A stretch of 18,359 nucleotides of DNA from Tubiluchus corallicola (taxonomy: Eukaryota; Animalia; Priapulida). This document shows, piece after piece, positions 9,903 through 18,359 of the stretch. The stretch covers positions 1 through 18,359 of the forward strand of contig JAQGDQ010001997.1 in the NCBI GenBank assembly GCA_030141605.1, in the 5' to 3' direction. The translations under genes and the position numbers were made by a program. The notes beneath the pieces are model-generated. The model did not search any database. It was given only the letters and a program-made list of their open reading frames with translations, and was not told the origin of the DNA. How positions within the stretch are numbered: the stretch's first letter is position 1; each line of letters starts with the position of its first letter.

Positions 9903-10361
9903 AGTACCCCTTTCTCGACTTCTAGTTTGAGTTAACAAAAAAGTAGCCCTTTCTCGACTTCTAGTTTGAGTTAACAAAAAAGTAACCCTTCTCGACTTCT
10001 AGTTTGAGTTAACAAAAAAGTAACCCTTTTGCGACTTCTAGTTTCAGTTAACAAAAAAGTACCCCTTTCCCGACTTCTAGTTTGAGTTAACAAAAAAGTA
10101 CCCCTTTCTCGACTTCTAGTTTGAGTTAACAAAAAAGTAACCCTTCTCGACTTCTAGTTTGAGTTAACAAAAAAGTACCCCTTTCTCGACTTCCTATTTG
10201 AGTTAACAAAAAAGTACTCCTTTCTCGACTTCTAGTTTGAGTTAACAAAAAAGTACCCCTTTCTCGACTTCTAGTTTGAGTTAACAAAAAAGTACCCCTT
10301 TCTCGACTTCTAGTTTGAGTTAACAAAAAAGTAACTCTTCTCGACTTCTGGTTTGCGTTAA
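9903..10361. repeat. 38/39-bp minisatellite, about 12 units; last unit interrupted by a MITE and resumes at 10979-11013
   Basis: Unit GTACCCCTTTCTCGACTTCTAGTTTGAGTTAACAAAAAA. Register points at 9904, 9943, 9982, 10020, 10059. Confidence 0.96.
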
Positions 10362-10978
10362 AGCAAAACCGGACCTAATCATAAACTGTAGTCAAAATAA
10401 TCTATTCTTTAAAATATTGAAGACAAACATGCTATTTTTTCAAAAATGACTTATTTTTGAAAAAACGTAGAAGAATTATTACCGCACAAACACAGTTTCG
10501 CATTCACGCCGCTAGTTCTTCACTGCGCCATTCGATACCTAGATGGGCACTAGCGCCTGCATTTCTGAAACGCACTGCATATTAATCAGGTGCTGTACCG
10601 CTCAGTTCAGATGTGTTAGTCTGTGACGAACTGCACACGTTCGACAGCTCATGTGTGAGCACAGCGGTAAATTTGAAATTAGAATTTTTATCTTAAAACT
10701 TGCCTACTTTTAGTACAACATACTGAATACCTTACAGTAGCACTGTTCTTCAATTTTCTCATTCGCAAACACGTGCAACACGCTCATAGAATATTTTTGC
10801 TGTAGAAAATTACGTTAATTGTGATGTCATCAATAATTGGGTTCGCCCGCCATTAACTAAGTTTTTAACCTATTATTTAATTAACAGAAACACTTTTGCA
10901 GTATTAATTGTGTTAAATTGTATACTTTTTATCGCACTTGAAAATGGGGTAGTATATGAAAAATCATCCTGTTTTCCT
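10362..10978. mobile_element. Kolobok/T2-type MITE family B (617 bp), ends related to family A
   Basis: TTAA (10358-10361), then AGCAAAACCGGA...TCCTGTTTTCCT, then TTAA (10979-10982). Removing it restores a minisatellite unit (GTTTGCGTTAACCAAAAAAGCACCTCGTTCCCGACTTC). Confidence 0.88.
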
Positions 10979-11347
10979 TTAACCAAAAAAGCACCTCGTT
11001 CCCGACTTCAAGCAGAAACGTTTTACATAATAATCTCATTTATTTCTCATTTTGAAGCAATTTCCATATTTTTGTCTTTCCTCCAGTCCCCCAGTTAACT
11101 TGTTCATGCAGTTTGCACAAATGCTCAATTTTGACATAATAAGTCTTGATAGTCAGTGTTATTACCCGTGCAGAACTATTCAAGAACAATAATATCAGCA
11201 TCTTAATGTCCCCGAAGAACAAGTCAATTACATTAAAGAAGTTACACATAATTTTCTTCCTAGGACAAAAACTTGGAAATTTCGCCCTGTAATATCCAAT
11301 AATACATCCTGTAATAAACTGATACTGTAGGTTTATGTCACATTTAA

Positions 11348-12045
11348 AGATGTAGAAAAGGGAATTTTAAAGAAAATCCCCTCCCCCCCTCCCCAAAAAA
11401 AATTGTGTGCAAAGTTATATTACTTAGCATCGCGTTTACGTGTTTGAGATTTACGTAATTGGAAAAAAAATTCTTACTGATTTAAAATGTTCGCGCCACC
11501 TGGTAAAAAGTCACTGGTTCACCTTCCCAGTATGCACCACTGATTCACCAAAAACGTATTTTTAATCTTATTGACTATGCACAATGATTTACACTTTTGC
11601 TTAATTAATGAAGTGTGCCACGAATACTGTGATTATTTTTTCAAACTTTACCCAATGTTATCTGAACTTGTTTCACTTGAATACTGTTAAAATGGCTGCC
11701 TCTAAACGTCATAGCGGAGCTTAAATTTTCAAGTTTCATACAGCGTTACTGGTAATGCAAAGCCTGTACGCAATAAGACAGCATTTAAAGGGCAAGAAAA
11801 GGGGTACCTAAAGTAGGTTTCGGTAAAATCGCCTTAAGAAATTACACTACTTTACAGCAATTTTATAACATGGAGTTTAAACATAGATATCTTACGCAGC
11901 GTTACTGCCCACGCAATCCCTGTATGCAAAAAGGCAGTTATGAAAGTGATAGAAATTTTCGAAATGAATTTTCTAAAGCTTTACTTACATGTATTAAGAT
12001 TATTTTCTTGTGCTTTAAAGAGATATGGAAATCACATTAAAGACA
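11348..12045 (+). mobile_element. TTAA-type MITE family C, copy C1 (contains a nested mini-copy; right end not found)
   Basis: Starts after TTAA (11344-11347) with AGATGTAGAAAAGGG. Interior colinear with 17404-17890 (CAAAGTTATATTACTTAGCAT, CCCAGTRTGCACCACTGA, ATGGCTGC, GCAATAAGACAGCA). Confidence 0.8.
11789..12014 (+). mobile_element. 226-bp internally deleted family-C-related MITE nested in C1
   Basis: TTAA (11785-11788), then AGGGCAAGAAAA...TTTTCTTGTGCT, then TTAA (12015-12018). TIR match 10/12. The 3' part repeats the family-C 3' region (CAGCGTTACTG...GTATGCAA...AAGTGATA). Confidence 0.8.
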
Positions 12046-12618
12046 AAATCCAATGGTCATTAAACCCTCTCTTCGTCAACTTCATCTGCAGTAATTTCGC
12101 AACAAAATCGAGTCAATTTAATCAAAACTAAATTTTACAAAACGACATGTGGGCCGTCCAGAGAATTGCTGTTTACGGAAATCCAAACAGTAACCAAATA
12201 TGAACTGTTTGCAATTCGATTAATACCCTATTGTCTGCGACTCGACGGGTGTCTTTTTGAAAAATTTCCATCGCTTTCAGACGGAACATTTGTACAAATA
12301 GAAAATGCACAAATTTAATTAAGCCTTGCTATATGAGGAAGTTGAAGTTTTCTTATCAGACAGAAGCTATCGAGAATTGAATCCATTATCCAATGAAGTC
12401 TTGTGCAGTAGATGAAATACGGATCCGAGTCTATGATTAGTGAAACAATATTTAAATGCATCGGGGCATAAAATTCACATTTCCTTGAACATCAGAAATC
12501 GTTACAGACGTCATTAGAATATATCCATCCAAGAAATGTTGAACGTTGTCAGAAACACAGTGAAAAGCCATGAGAAGTTTTACAGGAAATAATAGAGGGG
12601 AAGGAAAGGGAATTTTAA

Positions 12619-13160
12619 AGGAAAACAGGGCGATTGTTTAGACTCAATCTCATTTCAATTTACTGTCCAAAATATACATTTTCTTGCCTGTAAAAGTTAA
12701 CAACTGTTGCTTATATTTGAATAATTAGCTCAGAAAGTTAATTAACGGCAACCGAACGCAGCTATTGCTTACGTCAGAAACTAACCACAGTTTGTGCAAT
12801 GGCAGGCATCTATCTTCCTTTGCGCGTCAAGCACATTTGCTTAAGTATTACAGTACTGCTTAAACGCATGATGTTACAAAAATGGGCTGTATATCATATG
12901 ACGTCAAAAACTAACACTGCAGTTCATGATCATGCTTATCACGGTACCGCCTTCTATTTGTCAGCCACGCGAAAGTGACAAAAAGGCGCTGCTGCCAATC
13001 TTAGTAGATTCACTGAGCTGCGCATAGCTTTGAAATTTGAATATCCGAGGTAATTATTATTTTGATCTAAGCTTTGATTTAAAAAAAGCTATTACACTTT
13101 TCAATATTTTAGAGCATACTTTATTTTGAACTAATGTTTACACAATCATCCGGTTTTGCT
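12619..13160 (+). mobile_element. Kolobok/T2-type MITE family A, copy A2 (542 bp, full length)
   Basis: TTAA (12615-12618), then AGGAAAACAGGGCGATTGTTTAGAC...GTTTACACAATCATCCGGTTTTGCT, then TTAA (13161-13164). Imperfect TIR of about 25 bp. Confidence 0.92.
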
Positions 13161-13310
13161 TTAACATTACGCTTTTCAGTTTGATAGACTTGCATAACGG
13201 AAAAACAAAATACTCGAAAATTTAAAATATTTGCGCCACCTGATAAAAGCATCGCCATCCCAGTGTGCACCACTGATTCACCAAAAGCATATGATTGATC
13301 TTACTGATAA

Positions 13311-13600
13311 TATATTTATTCATTCCTACTTATTAGTGCCAAAAATATATACAATACAAAAAACAAGACGTACAATTTTGAAACATAATGACAGTACAGA
13401 TAAACAAACAATTATTAAATCGCTCCTGTTAGTAATTTTGGTTATTTAAATGAAGAGTTTAATTATTAGTATTTAAAATAGATTGTCACTCATCTAGCCT
13501 CATTTTCAGTGATATGGTCATTACATAGTATATTGTTCATATACTATATATACTATAGTAATATATACTTTAAGTAAATATACTATAGTAAAATACTAAT
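13311..13600 (-). mobile_element. About 290-bp insertion in C2: retroposon-like 3' tail plus AT-rich low-complexity sequence
   Basis: Absent from C1 and C4 at the equivalent position. Left part resembles the reverse complement of 6752-6910. TAATA occurs at both junctions (possible short TSD). ATATACTATAGTAA-like repeats at about 13538-13598. Confidence 0.55.
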
Positions 13601-14482
13601 ACAAAGTGCATTACACTTTTGCTTAGTCACAGAAGTATGAACTGTGGTCATTTTTTGGAATTTCACCCAAGGTTATCAAAACTTGTTTTAAAATACTTGC
13701 AGTTAAAATGGCTGCGCCTGACGGTCAGCCCAGGAGTTTAAATTTACAAGTTTTATGCAGCGGTACTGCTAATGCAAGCTCTGTATGCAGTAAGACAGCA
13801 CGTAAGTGATATGAAATTTCAAGAGGAATTTTTAAGCTTTGTTTGTGAAGAGTGTCTTCTTGTGCTTCAAAGACAATCATACAGACGTTTTACAGAGTTA
13901 CACTTACAAAAGAACGAAACGCTGATAAATACTACTTAACGCTGAACGTTACTTCTTATAGTCTCACTAGTCTCTCTGTTTATTTCAGTAGACTCGCCAG
14001 GGAGTGAAAGAGGTTGATAACTAACCGATTTATTTTAAGTTTAGGCTTGATAGATAATTTTCTGCAAATTTCTTTGTTATATTTTTCTGATTATATGTTT
14101 TCTGATAACGGTAAAATAAACCCAACACAGAGTGGCTTGTCCTTTCCCTTAATTTGTCATAAAAATTATTATCATAAACTGGAAATTAGATTTTAAGTAC
14201 GTACACTTTATTCATAGCTGGGAGAAATTTACGACCCCTAATTTAGAAAATCTGATGCAAGAAAATACAAGTTATAAAGAACGTTTACGACAACGACGAT
14301 AAAAGCAAACAGTTATAATATGAAATAAAGCAAGTTTACGCTAGAAAGCAATAAAGATTGTGTACTTTACTAACAGTGAAGAAAGCAGCCATGCATGTGA
14401 CTATAAAATATTTGGGTCAGTCTATGAGTTATTAACTGCTTAGAGCACTTTCTTGATAAAATATTGTTTGGGAGTAGCTTAA

Positions 14483-15033
14483 AGGAAAACCGGACGATTG
14501 TGTAAACATTAGTTCAGAATAAAGAATGCTCTAAAATATTGAAAACTACAATAGCTTTTTTAAAATCAAAGCTTAGATTAAATAATAATTACCTCGGATA
14601 CTCAAACATCGTTAAACTTTCAAAGCTATGCACGCCTCAGTGAATCTACTAAGATTGGCAGCGGCGCCTTTTTGTCACATTCGCGTGGCCGACAAACAGA
14701 AGGCGGTACCGTGATAACCATGATCACGAACTGCAGTGTTAGTTTCTGGCGTCATATGATGTAAAGCCCATTTTTTCTGACATCGTGCGTTTAAGCAGTA
14801 CTGTAACACTTATATGAATGTGCTTGATGCGCAAGGGAAGACGCCTGCCATTGCACAAACTGTGGTTAGTTTCTGACGTAAGCAATAGCTGCGTTCGGTT
14901 GCCGCTAATTAACTTTCTAAGCTAATTATTCAAATATAAGGAACAATTGTAAACTTTTATAGGCAAGAAAATGGACAGTATTTTGGACAGTAAATGAAAT
15001 GAGATTGAGTCTAAACAATCGTCTGCTTTTCCT
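14483..15033 (-). mobile_element. Kolobok/T2-type MITE family A, copy A3 (551 bp, full length, inverted relative to A1 and A2)
   Basis: TTAA (14479-14482), then AGGAAAACCGGACGATTGTGTAAAC...GTCTAAACAATCGTCTGCTTTTCCT, then TTAA (15034-15037). Reverse complement is colinear with A2 throughout. Confidence 0.92.
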
Positions 15034-15047
15034 TTAAAAAGCGTCGC

Positions 15048-15485
15048 TGATCAAAAGATAATTTCCAAGAATATCTCAAAGAAATCTCCATACAAAGTTA
15101 CATTGCTTAGTATTACGTTTACCTGTTTCAAAGACTCATGTAATTAGATAAGAAAATTCTTAATAATTTAGAACATTCGCATCACCTGGTAAAATGTATC
15201 GCCATCCCAGCGTGCAGCACTGGCTCACGAAAAAAACATTATTGATCTTTCCGTCAATATAAACTTAGTTAGGGAAGGTAGCTCTGATTCTTTTTTCAAA
15301 ATTTACACTTAAAATGCCTAGGCCTAGCTGTCATCGCGGGAGATTAAATTCTCAAGTTTTATAACTTTTATTACTGCTAACACAAAGATTTATACAGCGT
15401 TGCTGCTAACGCAAACTCTGTACGCAATAAGACATCATGAAAGTGATGTTAAGACAATTTTTAAGCTTTATACATGAAGCGTGTT
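15048..15485 (+). mobile_element. MITE family C, copy C3 (degraded ends, internal deletion)
   Basis: CCATACAAAGTTACATTGCTTAG, CACCTGGTAAAA, CCCAGCGTGCAGCACTG, GTCATCGCGGGAG and GTACGCAATAAGACA match the other C copies in order. Confidence 0.75.
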
Positions 15486-15624
15486 ACTGAGTTACCTATA
15501 AAAATGTCGACAAACAACCAGCGTTGAACGACTGTCTACAGCATAAGCCATAAGAGGATCAGTCAAAAATACACCAGCAACGTACGAAATTTGTTGCATC
15601 TGTGGGGATTGTGAAGTCAAACCT

Positions 15625-15692
15625 AATAATACCATCTTCGTCATCATCACCATCAGCATCACTACCACCATGCTCATCGTCAACACCATCGT
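15625..15692. repeat. Degenerate (CAT/CAC)n trinucleotide low-complexity tract
   Basis: ACCATCTTCGTCATCATCACCATCAGCATCACTACCACCATG and adjacent sequence. Confidence 0.8.
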
Positions 15693-16560
15693 TATAACTT
15701 AGTGTACTACTATAACTCAGTTAACTTCTCTTCTACAGATTTATAGAGGCAGTATCAGTGATATTGATGCTGGTATCACTACTGCTGCTGTTTATTGTCG
15801 TCATCACTGGTGTAGGCATGTTGCTGTTACTGTTTTTAACTGATAGCGGATCAGATAGTAAATGCAGCAATTAGCTTCTCTTTTCCATTATGCGACTGAA
15901 AACACTGCAAGTCATGCAGTAATCAAATGCAGTGCCTACTACTAATATTGGCTAGTTGTGGCAAGATCGGAATCTAATCTCATTGCTTTGGCTATGATAG
16001 TCAACGAACACTATGCCTGGATAGTAAATGAGCGGAAGACCTCGTTGAGGAAGGTGTTTCACACGGAATCAATGTCTCTTATTAGAAGATTACCTTTGAT
16101 AAATAGTGCCTAGTCTTACCACAACATTTCAATATTAATGGGCAACCTGGGCACTGAGTGGTGCATTGTTAACATGTAATTAATACCAAACTGTATCAAA
16201 ATTTTATATAACATTAGCATGGCTACCAGCAAAGTTGGTACCTCAGCTAGGCATTCCTCTACTCCTACAGACGCTCCAGTCACAATATTCCTTTGTAGCG
16301 GGATTTTCTCTCTAGTAAACGTCTCTTTCAGTGCTAATTAAACCTGTCTTGTTTATTAGTTTGTAATGTAATGTATGTAATTGGTTGATGATTGATTACT
16401 ATTTATTTCAGCATAAAGGCCATAAACACATACAAATAAAATTTACAATGTCTAAAAATAGAAATGCTAAAAAATACGTAATATGTAAGAGTGGTTTAAT
16501 AAACAAACACACGCTTTTAGTGATATATTTTTTGCGTTTGCAGTTAAACAAACGTTGAAA

Positions 16561-16941
16561 GCAACAACTCAACATCACACCCAGAGACAATCGAGCAACA
16601 ATTCAAGATCACACCCAGAGACAACCCAGCAGGAACTCAAGATCACACCCAGAGACAACCGAGCAGCAACTCAAGATCACACCCAGAGACAACCGAGCAA
16701 CAACTCAAGATCACACCCAGAGACAACCGAGCAACAACTCAAGATCACACCCAGAGACAACCGAGCAACAACTCAAGATCACACCCAGAGACAACCGAGC
16801 AGCAACTCAAGATCACACCCAGAGACAACCGAGCAGCAACTCAAGATCACACCCAGAGACAACCCAGCAGGAACTCAAGATCACACCCAGAGACAACCGA
16901 GCAACAGCTCAAGATCACACCTAGAGACAACCGAGCAACAA
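16561..16941. repeat. 34-bp minisatellite, about 11 units
   Basis: Unit CAACTCAAGATCACACCCAGAGACAACCGAGCAR. The ORF across it repeats every 34 aa, as expected for three 34-bp units. Confidence 0.96.
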
Positions 16942-17403
16942 TGTCAGCAAACAGCAGCTTAAACGAGAATAAAATTCTGATTACTCAATTCAGAGCATGA
17001 TTAACATTTCTTGCGTAATAAGTAAGTATAATTTGTCTGAATTCACAAGAGCTAATTTGCCTCATTTCACGAGCAGCTCATCAAAGCAAAGAAATGCGCA
17101 CGTCAAACTCGTAATTAACATTTCGCAGCATCAGCACCAGCAGGAGCAGCAGCAACAAACGCGTGCAAGTTGAAAATTCAATGGCGCCAACTAGACGTTA
17201 GCAAATGCTTAATTATATTGCCGACTGCACTTAGTGAAATTTTATGCACATTAGACTAAAAATGAAGTTATGGGCAAATAGGAAGCCACTTGCTAATTTA
17301 CTAGCAAAAAGTAGTTTTTCGAATTAGTGGCTGGACGAACAACTTTGGATAAATGCTATTCGCGAAACTCTATCAAGAACAATTTCGAAAAGCAAGAATT
17401 TAA

Positions 17404-17890
17404 AAGGGAAGAAAAGGAAATGTTAAAGTTTATCTCAAAAAATTTCCATACAAAGTTATATTACTTAGCATTACGCTTTTACCTCTTTGAAAGACTTACG
17501 TAACTACAAATGAAACTTTTAATAGTTTAAAAGGTTCGCGCCAATTGGTAAAATGTCAATGACTCACCTTCCCAGTGTGCACCACTGACTCACCACAAAA
17601 ACCTATTTTTAATCTTATTGACAAGGTACAGTAATTTACAATTTTGATTAGTTAGTGACGTGTGCACAACGAATGCTCTGATTATTTTTTCACACTATAG
17701 TTTAAGCTTATTTAAATTTATTTCAAATTACTTATCGTCAAGATGGCTGCGTCTAACGGTCATCGCGGGAGTTTTCTACTTTCAACTTTTTTACATCGTT
17801 ACTGCTAATGCAAGCTCTGCGTGCAATAAGACAGCACCAATTTCAAGACGAATTTTTAAGTTTTAAGTAAACGAGGGGTTTTCTTGTGCT
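17404..17890 (+). mobile_element. MITE family C, copy C4 (487 bp, apparently full length and uninterrupted)
   Basis: TTAA (17400-17403), then AAGGGAAGAAAAGG...GGTTTTCTTGTGCT, then TTGA (degenerate TTAA). Interior colinear with C1-C3. Confidence 0.82.
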
Positions 17891-18049
17891 TTGAACGTGC
17901 AAATTTTTTCTTTGCACACAAACGTTCTCGTGAATTTACGAAAATCACATGCGTTAAATTTATGCAAGTGAATTTTACCATTTCCCGTGTGCAAAGTATG
18001 CAAATGAAAGCTACTGTTACATCCAGAGGGCAGTGGCAATAATAACCGT

Positions 18050-18359
<310 letters not shown>

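Larger units (their letters stand above)
12596..13866 (+). mobile_element. MITE family C, copy C2, carrying two nested insertions (A2 and a retroposon tail)
   Basis: Left end AGGGGAAGGAAAGGG and right end CTTCTTGTGCT followed by TCAA. Segments 13165-13310 and 13605-13866 are colinear with C1 and C4. Confidence 0.8.

Noticed and set aside
9440-10350. Heat-shock elements in the minisatellite units (GAACGTTATTAGAA, TTCTCGACTTC)
   Set aside because: Sequence and spacing do not fit nGAAnnTTCnnGAAn.
9426-10361. CRISPR array (also considered for 595-2365 and 16561-16941)
   Set aside because: Units are head-to-tail with no unique spacers, there are no cas genes, and the context is eukaryotic.
11040-11249. 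Possible coding or RT remnant on the minus strand
   Set aside because: No convincing conserved motif in the frames examined.
12619-13160. piggyBac assignment for the TTAA-flanked elements
   Set aside because: Termini are AG...CT rather than CC...GG, which fits Kolobok/T2 better.
15492-15689. Minus-strand ORF/exon ending at TAG|GTAACT
   Set aside because: The first third is a trinucleotide repeat, the acceptor is weak, and no protein motif is recognisable.
17998-18005. Octamer ATGCAAAT as an immunoglobulin or snRNA promoter element
   Set aside because: Isolated 8-mer with no leader/V exon, PSE or snRNA nearby; expected by chance in AT-rich DNA.

Overview
AT-rich, repeat-dense eukaryotic (metazoan, plausibly fish-like; species cannot be determined) non-coding DNA. 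No intact protein-coding gene is supported, and most listed ORFs are translations of tandem repeats or chance ORFs. Main contents: (1) a 45-bp minisatellite with a 532-bp (12-mer) higher-order period; (2) about nine non-autonomous DNA-transposon copies with TTAA target sites and AG...CT termini (Kolobok/T2-type MITEs) in three families that I label A, B and C, several of them nested inside each other or inside a minisatellite; (3) a long-TIR MITE with GGG...CCC ends; (4) a decayed, 5'-truncated RTE-like LINE on the minus strand that splits a family-A MITE; (5) two degenerate tRNA-like SINE heads and a shared (TAAA)n retroposon tail; (6) a CpG-rich candidate first exon/promoter on the minus strand (about 9156-9375) with a perfect donor site, directly abutted by 49-bp and 39-bp minisatellites; (7) a 34-bp minisatellite and several microsatellites. 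I found no CRISPR array or novel protein-coding system. The most unusual signal is the co-oriented, self-nesting TTAA-MITE cluster at 10.4-17.9 kb, whose family C carries CTCF-like and YY1-like motifs. All alignments were done by eye.
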